Source of the DNA: Eledone cirrhosa
Lineage: Eukaryota
Direction: 5' to 3'
DNA length: 64,000 nt
NCBI GenBank assembly: GCA_964016885.1
Contig: OZ024741.1
Location: 26,350,001 to 26,414,000, forward strand
Shown: positions 36,910 through 51,592 of the stretch, piece after piece
Position numbering within the stretch: the first letter of the stretch is position 1
How the letters are laid out: each line of letters starts with the position of its first letter
The notes under the pieces: generated by a model
Database searches by the model: none
The model's input: only the letters and a program-made list of their open reading frames with translations
Told to the model about the DNA's origin: nothing
Translations under genes and position numbers: made by a program

Positions 36910-39900
36910 ACTAGATATCTTGTCCTTCAACCTAGATATCTTAACTCTAGCTAGTCCTTCAACCCAGATATCTTAACTCCAGCTAGTCCTTCAACCTAGA
37001 TATCTTAACTCCAGCTACTCCTTCAACCCAGATATCTCAACTCCAGCTACTCCTTCAACCTAGATATATTAACTCCAGCTGCTCCTTCAACCCAGATATC
37101 TTAACTCCAGCTACTCCTTCAACCTAGATATCTTAACTCCAGCTACTCCTTCAACCTAGATATCTTAACTCCAGCTACTCCTTCAACCAAGATATCTTAA
37201 CTCCAGCTAGTCCTTCAACCTAGATATCTTAACTCCAGCTACTCCTTCAACCTAGATATCTTAACTCCAGCTACTCCTTCAACCAAGATATCTTAACTCC
37301 AGCTAGTCCTTCAACCTAGATATCTTAACTCCAGCTACTCCTTCGACCTAGATATCTTAACTCCAGCTACTTCTTCAACCCAGATATCTCAACTCCAGCT
37401 ACTTCTTCAACCCAGATATCTCAACTCCAGCTACTTCTTCAACCCAGATATCTCAACTCCAGCTACTCCTTCAACCCAGATATCTTCACTCCAGCTACTC
37501 CTTCAACCCAGATATCTTTACTCCAGCTACTCCTTCAACCTAGATATCTTAACTCCAGCTAGTCCTACAACCTAGATATCTTCACTCCAGCTACTCCTTC
37601 AACCTAGATATCTTAACTCCAGCTAGTCCTTCAACCCAGATATCTCAACTGCAGCTACTCCTTCAACCTAGATATCTTAACTCCAGCTAGTCCTTCAACC
37701 TAGATATCTTAACTCCAGCTACTCCTTCAACCTAGATATCTTAACTCCAGCTAGTCCTTCAACCCAGATATCTCAACTGCAGCTACTCCTTCAACCTAGA
37801 TATCTTAACTCCAGCTAGTCCTTCAACCCAGATATCTTAACTCCAGCTACTCCTTCAACCTAGATATCTTAACTCCAGCTAGTCCTTCAACCCAGATATC
37901 TTAACTCCAGCTACTCCTTCAACCTAGATATCTTAACTCCAGCTACTCCTTTAACCTAGAAATCTTCACTCCAGCTAGTCCTTCAACCTAGATATCTTAA
38001 CTCCAGCTACTCCTTCAATCTAGATATCTTAACTCCAGGTAGTCGTTCAACCTAGATATCTTAACTCCAGCTACACCTTCAACCCAGATATCTTAACTCC
38101 AGCTACTCCTTCAACCCAGATATCTTAACTCCAGCTACTCCTTCAACCTAGATATCTTAACTCCAGCTAGTCGTTCAACCTAGATATCTTAACTCTAGCT
38201 AGTCCTTCAACCTAGATATCTTAACTCCAGCTACTCCTTCAACCTAGATATCTTAACTCCAGCTAGTCGTTCAACCTAGATATCTTAACTCTAGCTAGTC
38301 CTTCAACCTAGATATCTTAACTCCAGCTACTCCTTCAAGCTAGAAATCTTCACTCCAGCTAGTCGTTCAACCTAGATATCTTAACTCTAGCTAGTCCTTC
38401 AACCTAGATATCTTAACTCCAGCTACTCCTTCAACCTAGATATCTTAACTCCAGCTACTCCTTCAACCTAGATATCTTAACTCTAGCTAGTCCTTCAACC
38501 TAGATATCTTAACTCCAGCTACTCCTTCAACCTAGATATCTTAACTCTAGCTAGTCCTTCAACCTAGATATCTTAACTCCAGCTACACCTTCAACCCAGA
38601 TATATTAACTCTAGCTAGTCCTTCAACCTAGATATCTTAACTCCAGCTACTCCTTCAACCCAGATATCTTAACTCCAGCTACTCCTTCAACCCAGATGTC
38701 TTAACTCCAGCTACTCCTTCAACCTAGATATCTTAACTCTAGCTAGTCCTTCAACCTAGATATCTTAACTCCAGCTACTCCTTAAACCTAGATATCTTAA
38801 CTCTAGCTAGTCCTTCAACCTAGATATCTTAACTCCAGCTACTCCTTCAACCAAGATATCTTAACTCCAGCTACTCCTTCAACCTAGATATCTTAATTCC
38901 AGCTACTCCTTCAACCAAGATATCTTAACTCCAGCTAGCCCTTCAACCTAGATATCTTAACTCCAGCTAGTCCTTCAACCTAGATATCTTAACTCCAGCT
39001 ACTCCTTCAACCTAGATATCTCAACTGCAGCTAGTCCTTCAACCTAGATATCTTAACTCTAGCTAGTCCTTCAACCTAGATATCTTAACTCCAGCTACTC
39101 CTTCAACCAAGATATCTTAAGTCCAGCTACTCCTTCAACCTAGATATCTTAACTCCAGTTAGTCCTTCAACCTAGATATCTTAACTCTAGCTAGTCCTTC
39201 AACCTAGATATCTTAACTCCAGCTACTCCTTCAACCAAGATATCTTAACTCCAGCTACTCCTTCAACCTAGATATCTTAACTCCAGCTACTCCTTCAACC
39301 CAGATATCTTAACTCCAGCTACTCCTACAACCTAGATATCTTCACTCCAGCTACTCCTTCAACCTAGATATCTCAACTCCAGCTACTCCTTCAACTAAGA
39401 TATCTTAACTCCAGCTACCCCTTCAACCCAGATATCTTAACTCCAGCTACTCCTTCAACCCAGATATCTTAACTCCAGCTACTCCTTCAACCTAGATATC
39501 TTAACTCCAGCTACTCCTTCAACCTAGATATCTTAACTCCAGCTACTCCTTCAACCAAGATATCTTAACTCCAGCTAGTCCTTCAACCTAGATATCTTAG
39601 CTCCAGCTACCCCTTCAACCTAGATATCTTAACTCCAGCTACTCCTTCAACCAAGATATCTTAACTCCAGCTACTCCTTCAACCAAGATATCTTAACTCC
39701 AGCTACTCCTTCAACCTAGATATCTTAACTCCAGCTACTCCTTCAACCAAGATATCTTAACTCCAGCTAGTCCTTCAACCTAGATATCTTAACTCCAGCT
39801 AGTCCTTCAACCCAGATATCTTAACTCCAGCTACTCCTTCAACCTAGATATCTTAACTCCAGCTACTCCTTCAACCAAGATATCTTAACTCCAGCTACTC

Positions 39901-41910
39901 CTTCAACCTAGATATCTTAACTCCAGCTACTCCTTCAACCAAGATATCTTAACTCCAGCTACTCCTTCAACCCAGATATCTTAACTCCAGCTACTCCTTC
40001 AACCAAGATATCTTAACTCCAGCTAGTCCTTCAACCTAGATATCTTAACTCCAGCTACTCCTTCAACCTAGATATCTCAACTGCAGCTAGTCCTTCAACC
40101 TAGATATCTTAACTCCAGCTAGTCCTTCAACCTAGATATCTTAACTCTAGCTAGTCCTTCAACCTAGATATCTTAACTCCAGCTACTCCTTCAACCAAGA
40201 TATCTTAAGTCCAGCTACTCCTTCAACCTAGATATCTTAACTCCAGTTAGTCCTTCAACCTAGATATCTTAACTCTAGCTAGTCCTTCAACCTAGATATC
40301 TTAACTCCAGCTACTCCTTCAACCAAGATATCTTAACTCCAGCTACTCCTTCAACCTAGATATCTTAACTCCAGCTACTCCTTCAACCCAGATATCTTAA
40401 CTCCAGCTACTCCTACAACCTAGATATCTTCACTCCAGCTACTCCTTCAACCTAGATATCTCAACTCCAGCTACTCCTTCAACTAAGATATCTTAACTCC
40501 AGCTACCCCTTCAACCCAGATATCTTAACTCCAGCTACTCCTTCAACCCAGATATCTTAACTCCAGCTACTCCTTCAACCTAGATATCTTAACTCCAGCT
40601 ACTCCTTCAACCTAGATATCTTAACTCCAGCTACTCCTTCAACCAAGATATCTTAACTCCAGCTAGTCCTTCAACCTAGATATCTTACCTCCAGCTACCC
40701 CTTCAACCTAGATATCTTAACTCCAGCTACTCCTTCAACCAAGATATCTTAACTCCAGCTACTCCTTCAACCAAGATATCTTAACTCCAGCTACTCCTTC
40801 AACCTAGATATCTTAACTCCAGCTACTCCTTCAACCAAGATATCTTAACTCCAGCTAGTCCTTCAACCTAGATATCTTAACTCCAGCTAGTCCTTCAACC
40901 CAGATATCTTAACTCCAGCTACTCCTTCAACCTAGATATCTTAACTCCAGCTACTCCTTCAACCAAGATATCTTAACTCCAGCTACTCCTTCAACCTAGA
41001 TATCTTAACTCCAGCTACTCCTTCAACCAAGATATCTTAACTCCAGCTACTCCTTCAACCCAGATATCTTAACTCCAGCTACTCCTTCAACCAAGATATC
41101 TTAACACCAGCTAGTCCTTCAACCTAGATATCTTAACTCCAGCTACTCCTTCAACCAAGATATCTTAACTCCAGCTACTCCTTCAACCCAGATATCTTAA
41201 CTCTAGCTAGTCGTTCAACCTAGATATCTTAACTCCAGCTACTCCTTCAACCAAGATATCTTAACTCCAGCTAGTCCTTTAACCAAGATATCTTAACTCC
41301 AGCTACTCCTTCAACCTAGATATCTTAACTCCAGCTAGTCCTTTAACCAAGATATCTTAACTCCAGTTAGTCCTTCAACCTAGATACCGTAACTCCAGCT
41401 AGTCCTTCAACCTAAATATCTTAACTCCAGTTAGTCCTTCAACCCAGATATCTTAACTCCAGTTAGTCCTTCAACCCAGATATCTTAACTCCAGCTCGTC
41501 CTTCAACCTAGATATCTTAACTCCAGCTAGTCCTTCAACCAAGACATATTGACTCCAGCTAGTCCTTCAACCAAGATATCTTGACTCCAGCTAGTCCTTC
41601 AACCTAGATATCTTAACTCCAGCTAGTCCTTCAACCAAGATATATTGACTCCAGTTAGTCCTTCAACCCAGATATCTTAATTCCAGCTACTCCTTCAACC
41701 AAGATATCTTAATTCCAGCTACTCCTTCAACCAAGATATCTTGACTCCAGCTAGTCCTTCAACCTAGATATCTTAACTCCAGCTAGTCCTTCAACCAAGA
41801 TATATTGACTCCAGTTAGTCCTTCAACCCAGATATCTTAATTCCAGCTAGTCCTTCAACCAATATATTCTAACTCCAGCTACTCCTTCAACCTAGATATC
41901 CTAACTCTAG
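36910..41910. repeat. Minisatellite, 32-bp unit, about 156 copies
   Basis: Unit CCTTCAACCTAGATATCTTAACTCCAGCTACT. Confidence 0.98.
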
Positions 41911-43082
41911 ATAGGAATTATTCTCTGATGTTACTCACATTTTTCCATTTGTTGTCTTCAGATATTGTGCCCCTAACTTTCTGATTCCACCTAACTTGGT
42001 TTCTTTTTTAAGAGTGTTTCTAAAATCTTCATCTTAATACAGTGTTTTGACCAACCTTTATACTCATGTGATAGGACTGGGGCCTCTTTCATTAAGCCAT
42101 TCCTCATCATGTTTCTAATGAAATACATGGTATTTCAATTAATTAAACTTTTCGTTAACATATTTCTAATAAAAGTCATTGCCTATTGTTTTCAGATAGT
42201 TTTGAAAATAATGAAGAATTTAAAGGAATTTAGTGATATAACTAACTTTCCCATTATTAGGCTGGGGTTTTGAACATAACTTAAAGGTTCTTATATAAAA
42301 TTATGATGGAAGGTTTTTAGATAAATATAAACATTTTATGCAATCATTGAAGGTGGTTTCAGGCAGTTTAGTATCAAAAGGGTTAAAGAAGAATTTAGAG
42401 GGATTTATTGAAATGATTATTTCATTAAGATGGTATTTGTAACAACAAAAGGTTCTTAAATTATATTGGAAGATTTTAATTTAAATAAGAACACTTTAAA
42501 GTGGGTTGGTTTGTTATACAGAGCCTGAAGGCAGGTTGGTATGAAAAGGGTTAATGACTCGAAACAATCTCATGAGAAGTTGGTTAAACCTACATAGGTT
42601 TCAGTAACAACATATTTGGATATGTGTGAGCACCCAGCCCACACTGTAAAGTGGTTGTGTAGGTTTCACAACAAAAAGCACCCAGTACTCACTGTAAATG
42701 AGGTTGGTGTTAGGAAGGGCATCCAACTGTAGAAACTAAGCGAAAATATGTTCTGTATGAGCAAGACATGGTCACCAGACCTGGCTTATATCACAATGAG
42801 TCACCTCGTCTGACCCATACTAGTGTGGAAAAATCAACGTTAAATTGTGATGATGATGATAATGATATATATATATAATCTTTTAATACAAACTTCCAAC
42901 ATACCCACGATTTCCCACTTGTCCTATGAGGAAAATTATCTATCCTTTTAAAATATTCATATCTATTGAAATAAAAAGAATACTTTTATGATGATTATCT
43001 AAGAACCTCTTTTAAAGTCTGTTTTGTTCTCAACACCAGCTTAATAATAATTAACTACTGGTTATTCTCATTAATTTAAACA

Positions 43083-46000
43083 CCAGAAGAAGGGCGGTGG
43101 GTGTAATAGCCAGAAGGGAGGTAGATGTAACAGCCAGAAGGGAGGTAGATGTAACAGCCAGAAGGGAGGTAGGTGTAACAGCCAGAAGGTAGGTAGGTGT
43201 AAAAGCCAGAAGGGAGGTAGGTGTAACAGCCACGAGGGAGGTAGGTGTAACAGCCACGAGGGAGGTAGATGTAACAGCCAGAAGGGAGGTAGATGTAACA
43301 GCCAGAAGGGAGGTAGGTGAATAGCCACGAGGGAGGTAGGTGTAACAGCCAGAAAGGAGGTAGGTGTAGCAGCCAGAGGGAGGTAGATGTAACAGCCAGA
43401 AGGGAGGTAGGTGTAACAGCCAGAAGGGAGGTAGGTGTAACAGCCAGAAGGGAGGTAGGTGTAACAGCCATAAGGGAGGTAGGTGTAACAGCCATGAGGG
43501 AGGTAGGTGTAACAGCCAGAAGGGATGTAGGTGTAACAGCCAGAAGGGAGGTAGGTGTAACAGCCAGAAGGGAGGTAGGTGTAACAGCCAGAAGGGAGGT
43601 AGATGTAACAGCCACGTGGGAGGTAGGTGTAACAGCCAGAAGGGTGGTAGATGTAACAGCCATGAGGGAGGTAGGTGTAACAGCCAGAAGGGAGGTAGAT
43701 GTAACAGCCAGAAGGGAGGTAGGTGAACAGCCACGAGGGATGTAGGTGTAACAGCCAGAAGAGAGGTAGATCTAACAGCCAGAAGGGAGGTAGGTGTAAC
43801 AGCCAGAAGAGAGGTAGATCTAACAGCCAGAAGGGAGGTAGATGTAACAGCCAGAAGGGAGGTAGGTGTAACAGCCAGAAGGGAGGTAGGTGTAACAGCC
43901 AGAAGGGAGGTAGCTGTAACAGCCAGAAGGGAGGTAGGTGTAACAGCCACGAGGGATGTAGGTGTAACAGCCAGAAGGGAGGTAGCTGTAACAGCCAGAA
44001 GGGAAGTAGGTGTAACAACCAGAAGGGAGGTAGGTGTAACAGCCAGAAGGTAGGTAGGTGAACAGCCACGAGGGAGGTAGGTATAGCAGCCAGAAGGGAA
44101 GTAGGTGTAACAGCCAGAAGGGAGGTAGGTGTAACAGCCAGAAGGGAGGTAGGTGTAACAGCCAGAAGGGAGGTAGGTGTAACAGCCAGAAGGGAGGTAG
44201 GTGTAACAGCCAGAAGGGAGGTAGGTGTAACAGCCAGAAGGGAGGTAGATGTAACAGCCAGAAGAGAGGTAGGTGTAACAGCCAGAAGGGAGGTAGCTGT
44301 AACAGCCAGAAGGGAGGTAGGTGTAACAGCCAGAAGGGAGGTAGGTGTAAAAGCCAGAAGGGAGGTAGATGTAAACAGCCAGAAGGGAGGTAGCTGTAAC
44401 AGCCAGAAGGGTGGTAGGTGTAACAGCCAGAAGGGAGGTAGATCTAACAGCCAGAAGGGAGGTAGCTGTAACAGCCAGAAGGGAGGTAGATGTAACAGCC
44501 ACGATGGAGGTAGGTGAACAGCCACGAGGGAGGTAGGTGTAACAGCCAGAAGGGAGGTAGGTGTAACAGCCAGAAGGTAGGTAGATGTAACAGCCAGAAG
44601 GGAGGTAGATGTAACAGCCAGAAGGGAGGTAGGTGTAACAGCCACGTGGGAGGTAGGTGTAACAGCCAGAAGGGAGGTAGGTGTAACAGCCAGAAGGGAG
44701 GTAGGTGTAACAGCCACGAGGGAGGTAGGTGTAACAGCCAGAAGGGAGGTAGACGTAGCAGCTAGAAGGGAGGTAGATGTAACAGCCAGAAGGGAGGTAG
44801 GTGTAACAGCCAGAAGGGAGGTAGGTGTAACAGCCAGAAGGGTGGTAGGTGAACAGCCACGAGGGAGGTAGGTGTAACAGCCAGAAGGGAGGTAGGTGTA
44901 ACAGCCAGAAGGGAGGTAGATGTAACAGCCAGAAGGGAGGTAGGTGTAACAGCCACGATGGAGGTAGGTGTAACAGCCAGAAGGGAGGTAGGTGTAACAG
45001 CCAGAAGTGTGGTAGGTGTAACAGCCAGAAGGGAGGTAGATGTAACAGCCAGAAGGGAGGTAGGTGTAACAGCCAGAAGGGTGGTAGGTGAACAGCCACG
45101 AGGGAGGTAGGTGTAACAGCCAGAAGGGAGGTAGGTGTAACAGCCAGAAGGGAGGTAGGTGTAACAGCCAGAAGGGAGGTAGATGTAACAGCCAGAAGGG
45201 AGGTAGGTGTAACAGCCAGAAGGGAGGTAGGTGTAACAGCCACGAGGGAGGTAGGTGTAACAGCCAGAAGGGAGGTAGATGTAACAGCCAGAAGTGAGGT
45301 AGATGTAACAGCCAGAAGGGAGGTAGCTGTAGCAGCCAGAAGGGAGGTATATGTAACAGCCAGAAGGGAGGTAGGTGTAACAGCCAGAAGGGAGGTAGGT
45401 GTAACAGCCAGAAGGGTGGTAGGTGAACAGCCACGAGGGAGGTAGGTGTAACAGCCAGAAAGGAGGTAGGTGTCGCAGCCAGAAGGGAGGTAGATGTAAC
45501 AGCCAGAAGGGAGTTAGGTGTAACAGCCAGAAGGGAGGTATGTGTAACAGCCAGAAGGGAGGTAGGTGTAACAGCCAGAAGGGAGGTAGGTGTAACAGCC
45601 AGAAGGGTGGTAGGTGAACAGCCACGAGGGAGGTAGGTGTAACAGCCAGAAGGGAGGTAGGTGTAACAGCCAGAAGGGAGGTAGATGTAACAGCCAGAAG
45701 GGAGGTAGATGTAACAGCCAGAAGGGAGGTAGCTGTAACAGCCAGAAGGGAGGTAGCTGTAACAGCCACGATGGAGGTAGGTGTAACAGCCAGAAGGGAG
45801 GTAGGTGTAACAGCCAGAAGGGAGGTAGGTGTAACAGCCAGAAGGGTGGTAGGTGAACAGCCACGAGGGAGGTAGGTGTAACAGCCAGAAGGGAGGTAGG
45901 TGTAACAGCCAGAAGGGAGGTAGATGTAACAGCCAGAAGGGAGGTAGGTGTAACAGCCAGAAGGGAGGTAGGTGTAACAGCCAGAAGGGAGGTAGGTGTA

Positions 46001-49000
46001 ACAGCCAGAAGGGAGGTAGATGTAACAGCCAGAAGGGAGGTAGATCTAACAGCCAGAAGGGAGGTAGCTGTAACAGCCAGAAGGGAGGTAGGTGTAACAG
46101 CCACGATGGAGGTAGGTGTAACAGCCAGAAGGGAGGTAAATGTAACAGCCAGAAGGGAGGTAGGTGTAACAGCCAGAAGGGAGGTAGGTGTAACAGCCAC
46201 GAGGGAGGTAGGTGTAACAGCCAGAAGGGAGGTAGGTGAACAGCCACGAGGGAGGTAGGTGTAACAGCCAGAAAGGAGGTAGGTGTAGCAGCCAGAAGGG
46301 AGGTAGATGTAACAGCCAGAAGGGAGGTAGGTGTAACAGCCAGAAGTGAGGTAGATCTAACAGCCAGAAGGGAGGTAGATGTAACAGCCAGAAGGGAGGT
46401 AGGTGTAACAGCCAGAAGGGAGGTAGATGTAAACAGCCAGAAGGGAGGTAGGTGTAACAGCCAGAAGGGAGGTAGCTGTAAACGCCAGAAGGGAGGTAAA
46501 TGTAACAGCCAGAAGGGAGGTAGGTGTAACAGCCAGAAGGGAGGTAGGTGTAACAGCCACGAGGGAGGTAGGTGTAACAGCCAGAAGGGAGGTAGATGTA
46601 ACAGCCAGAAGGGAGGTAGGTGAACAGCCACGAGGGAGGTAGGTGTAACAGCCAGAAGGGAGGTAGGTGTAACAGCCAGAAGGGAGGTAGATGTAACAGC
46701 CAGAAGGGAGGTAGATGTAACAGCCAGAAGGGAGGTAGATCTAACAGCCAGAAGGGAGGTAGGTGTAACAGCCACGAGGGAGGTAGGTGTAACAGCCAGA
46801 AGGGAGGTAGGTGAACAGCCACGAGGGAGGTAGGTGTAACAGCCAGAAAGGAGGTAGGTGTAGCAGCCAGAAGGGAGGTAGATGTAACAGCCAGAAGTGA
46901 GGTAGATCTAACAGCCAGAAGGGAGGTAGATGTAACAGCCAGAAGGGAGGTAGGTGTAACAGCCAGAAGGGAGGTAGGTGTAACAGCCAGAAGGGAGGTA
47001 GGTGTAACAGCCAGAAGGGAGGTAGGTGTAACAGCCAGAAGGGAGGTAGGTGTAACAGCCAGAAGGGAGGTAGGTGTAACAGCCAGAAGGGAGGTAGATG
47101 TAAACAGCCAGAAGGGAGGTAAATGTAACAGCCAGAAGGGAGGTAGGTGTAACAGCCACGAGGGAGGTAGCTGTAACAGCCAGAAAGGAGGTAGGTGTAG
47201 CAGCCAGAAGGGAGGTAGGTGTAACAGCCAGAAGGGAGGTAGGTGTAACAGCCAGAAGGGAGGTAGATGTAACAGCCAGAAGGGAGGTAGATGTAACAGC
47301 CAGAAGAGAAGTAGGTGTAACAGCCAGAAGGGAGGTAGGTGTAACAGCCACGTGGGATGTAGGTGTAACAGCCAGAAGGGAGGTAGGTGCAACAGCGAGA
47401 AGGGAGGTAGGTGTAACAGCCACGAGGGAGGTAGCTATAACAGCCAGAAGGGAGGTAGGTGTAACAGCCAGAAGGGAGGTAGGTGTAACAGCCAGAAGGG
47501 AGGTAGGTGTAACAGCCAGAAGGGAGGTAGGTGTAACAGCCAGAAGGGAGGTAGGTGTAACAGCCACGAGGGAGGTAGGTGTAACAGCCAGAAGGGAGGT
47601 AGATGTAACAGCCAGAAGGGAGGTAGGTGTAACAGCCAGAAGGGAGGTAGGTGTAACAGCCAGAAGGGAGGTAGGTGTAACAGCCAGAAGGGAGGTAGGT
47701 GTAACAGCCAGAAGGGAGGTAGGTGTAACAGCCAGAAGGGAGGTAGGTGTAACAGCCACGAGGGAGGTAGGTGTAACAGCCAGAAGGGAGGTAGGTGTAA
47801 CAGCCAGAAGGGAGGTAGATGTAACAGCCAGAAGGGAGGTAGGTGTAACAGCCAGAAGGGAGGTAGGTGTAACAGCCAGAAGGGAGGTAGGTGTAACAGC
47901 CAGAAGGGAGGTAGGTGTAACAGTCACGAGGGAGGTAGGTGTAACAGCCAGAAGGGAGGTAGGTGTAACAGCCAGAAGGGAGGTAGGTGTAACAGCCAGA
48001 AGGGAGGTAGGTGTAACAGCCAGAAGGGAGGTAGGTGTAACAGCCAGAAGGGAGGTAGGTGTAACAGCCACGAGGGAGGTAGGTGTAACAGCCAGAAGGG
48101 AGGTAGGTGTAACAGCCAGAAGGGAGGTAGGTGTAACAGCCAGAAGGGAGGTAGATGTAACAGCCAGAAGGGAGGTAGATGTAACAGCCAGAAGAGAAGT
48201 AGGTGTAACAGCCAGAAGGGAGGTAGGTGTAACAGCCACGTGGGATGTAGGTGTAACAGCCAGAAGGGAGGTAGGTGCAACAGCGAGAAGGGAGGTAGGT
48301 GTAACAGCCACGAGGGAGGTAGCTATAACAGCCAGAAGGGAGGTAGGTGTAACAGCCAGAAGGGAGGTAGGTGTAACAGCCAGAAGGGAGGTAGGTGTAA
48401 CAGCCAGAAGGGAGGTAGGTGTAACAGCCAGAAGGGAGGTAGGTGTAACAGCCACGAGGGAGGTAGGTGTAACAGCCAGAAGGGAGGTAGATGTAACAGC
48501 CAGAAGGGAGGTAGGTGTAACAGCCAGAAGGGAGGTAGGTGTAACAGCCAGAAGGGAGGTAGGTGTAACAGCCAGAAGGGAGGTAGGTGTAACAGCCAGA
48601 AGGGAGGTAGGTGTAACAGCCAGAAGGGAGGTAGGTGTAACAGCCACGAGGGAGGTAGGTGTAACAGCCAGAAGGGAGGTAGGTGTAACAGCCAGAAGGG
48701 AGGTAGATGTAACAGCCAGAAGGGAGGTAGGTGTAACAGCCAGAAGGGAGGTAGGTGTAACAGCCAGAAGGGAGGTAGGTGTAACAGCCAGAAGGGAGGT
48801 AGGTGTAACAGTCACGAGGGAGGTAGGTGTAACAGCCAGAAGGGAGGTAGGTGTAACAGCCAGAAGGGAGGTAGGTGTAACAGCCAGAAGGGAGGTAGGT
48901 GTAACAGCCAGAAGGGAGGTAGGTGTAACAGCCAGAAGGGAGGTAGGTGTAACAGCCACGAGGGAGGTAGGTGTAACAGCCAGAAGGGAGGTAGGTGTAA

Positions 49001-49284
49001 CAGCCAGAAGGGAGGTAGATGTAACAGCCAGAAGGGAGGTAGGTGTAACAGCCAGAAGGGAGGTAGGTGTAACAGCCAGAAGGGAGGTAGGTGTAACAGT
49101 CACGAGGGAGGTAGGTGTAACAGCCAGAAGGGAGGTAGGTGAACAGCCACGAGGGAGGTAGGTGTAACAGCCAGAAGGGAGGTAGATGTAACAGCCAGAA
49201 GGGAGGTAGGTGTAACAGCCAGAAGGGAGGTAGGTGTAACAGCCAGAAGGGAGGTAGATGTAACAGCCAGAAGGGAGGTAGGTA
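43083..49284. repeat. Purine-rich minisatellite, 24-bp unit, about 258 copies
   Basis: Unit GTAACAGCCAGAAGGGAGGTAGGT with variants (CACGA, GAT, GTGAAC). Confidence 0.98.
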
Positions 49285-49739
49285 TAGTCAGGCCAGTATT
49301 TATCTCTGGTTATAAATCTTAGGTAATAACTGTAAGTATATGATGATGAATACCAGTGGCCGAAATGGAGTTCCTCCGAAGGGTCTTCGGAGTGATGTTA
49401 CTAGATAGAGTGTGTAGCTCAGAGATGAGAGGCTCACTCCAGGTAGAGCCACTACTTTTCCAAAATGAGAGATCACAACTCCGATACTATGAACATGTGG
49501 TTAGAATGAATCAGGAAAGAATCGCTGGACAGATTTTACAGACAAAACCAACCGGGAGGTGACCCAGGCGTAGACCTCCAAGCAAGATGGTTGGATAACA
49601 TTGATGGGCTTGGCTGGTCACACTTGGGGATCCAGCTCGATCAATTGGAGGCGGTTGCTTCTGAGAAGATCCGCTGGAAGGAGTGTTTGAGGTCTTTGCC
49701 CCCATGACCCTCCCAGGAATAAATGGGAGAAGAAGAAGA
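49285..49739 (+). mobile_element. RTE-like family 3, degenerate 3' end (related copies 56280-56745 and 62545-62826)
   Basis: AEMEFLRRV.GV..LDR...QLRYY.HVVRM..ER...RP.RP motif; (GAA)n tail; three mutually similar copies. Confidence 0.8.
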
Positions 49740-51249
49740 GTATAGTGTAATTCATTAGAAATATGGCCGTGAAAGGGTTAATGCTTCTTGTTTCAAGACT
49801 TGTATGAAACATTACTTCCGCTTTGCTATAAATTTATGACCCTAACTTACTTAGTTCATCTAAACTCCAATCAATACTAACAGTAAGTATGTATATGTGT
49901 GTGTGTATGTGTATCTATGTATATATTTATACATGTATGTAGTAACCCATAACTCCTGATGGAGTTGTAGGTACATTTTAAACCTGGTGGAGCCACTCCC
50001 CTCTCCTGGTCGAAACACAACCAATTTCTTCCAGTGAAAGAGAGAGAGAAAGTGAAAATATGATATATAAAGAGGATCAACTCCAGTGCTGGACTCTTAC
50101 TACTTTTTATTGTCCTCGAAAGGATGAAAGACAAAGTTGACCTTGGCTGGACTTGAGAAAGCCAGAACCAATACCACAAAGCCTTCTATCAGACATTCTA
50201 ACAACTTTACCAATTAACTGCACACTAAGATTATAGGTTGGTTTAAAGTCCAGTAAAGTTTGGGGGGACTTTTAGTTATAAGGTGTTTCTTTTATGGCAG
50301 TATCGGTAAAGTGTCGGACGCTATGCTTTGTAGCATAGAGTTACGGCCCTTTATGGTCTGAGTTCAAAATCCCGCCAAGGTTAACTTTGCCTTTCATCCT
50401 TACGGGGTTGATAAAATAAAGTACCAGTCACGCACTGGGGGTCGATTTAATCGACTTTCTCCTCCCCCAAAATTGCTTGCCTTGTGCCTATATTAGAAAC
50501 CATTATTATAGGTAAGTTTAAAGTTCAGCAAAGTTTTTATGGGTCTTTTAGTTTTAAGGGTTTTTTTTTGTTTTTCTCTTTAACTATATTTCTTTTTCCA
50601 TATCTTTTTTTTTTCTGGCCAAACAAAAAAAAAAATGTGTCTCTGTCTCTGTATCTATCATTTGGATAAAGATGAGACAAAGTTCTTTTATCATACGTAT
50701 TACACCAGCTTTATGGTTGGTACTTCTTTCTAATGAAACCTCAAACATTCGACAGGTTACTTTCATGGCTGGGAAAACATGGAGCTTCTTGGAAGTAAGT
50801 TCTTTTCTTGAATTCTACCCCCCAACCCATCTCCTTTTTCCCAAACTTCATCTTCTCTAAACTGGGCGCAATGTTTCACAACAGAAGCATCTGCTTTGAA
50901 GAGCATTCACAGTAACCTGACCCTATCTCATTCTCCCTCTCTTTGGTTCTACACCAAGTAAGCAGGCTCTGATATTCACAAACCAACATCATCTTGCTAC
51001 AGTTGTTCATTGTTACTTTTGTTCTTCTTTTATATTTACAACTTTTCCAAAACAATTGATAATTAAATTTAAGCCTTTTATTACCGTATAATGTTGAAAA
51101 TAACCAAGGATGTTGAGGGATGATACTTTCTCATTATTAAGTTGTTTGGAACATAACATAACAAAGGTTGGTGTAAATGGTTCAGTGTTAAACTGGGTGT
51201 TTCTAACTGGTATCTTCCACATCTGTGTTCAAATCTTTTACTGTTGGTT

Positions 51250-51592
51250 GGTTGTGGACTTTCATAATTCCAAGTACATGGACAAAATGAACACCAGCAA
51301 TATAATACTACTGCATGTCTGAAATACCTGTATTAGGTATATATATACAATAGAAACCAATTACTTTAGCTGACAGGACACTATCCTTCAATACTTTCAT
51401 GCTTCCCGAAATTCACCTGATATTCCCCCTCCATACACACACACATGCATGTGTGTGTGGTGTGACTGTGTGTATATCATGACTCATACACTATTCTGAT
51501 TTTTGTACATTATTCTAAGTACTATACATGCACCTTTTATGTGTTGTAGTGCACCTGAGCACTGTACACAATAATTTTCATTATTATTATTT
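51250..51592 (+). mobile_element. Degenerate CR1 3' end
   Basis: Shares 3' UTR/tail with 61130-61315. Confidence 0.7.

Noticed and set aside
22889-41910. Common origin of the two 32-bp arrays (shared CTTCAACCT)
   Set aside because: Only a 9-mer is shared and the rest of the units do not align; probably chance.
43051-49142. Long repetitive ORFs (AVTPTSLL, CNSQKGGR, LLHLPPFW)
   Set aside because: Translations of a 24-bp array, with frequent frame-shifting unit variants.
316-49284. CRISPR-like appearance of the regular 24-55 bp repeats
   Set aside because: Head-to-tail units without unique spacers, no cas genes, eukaryotic context.
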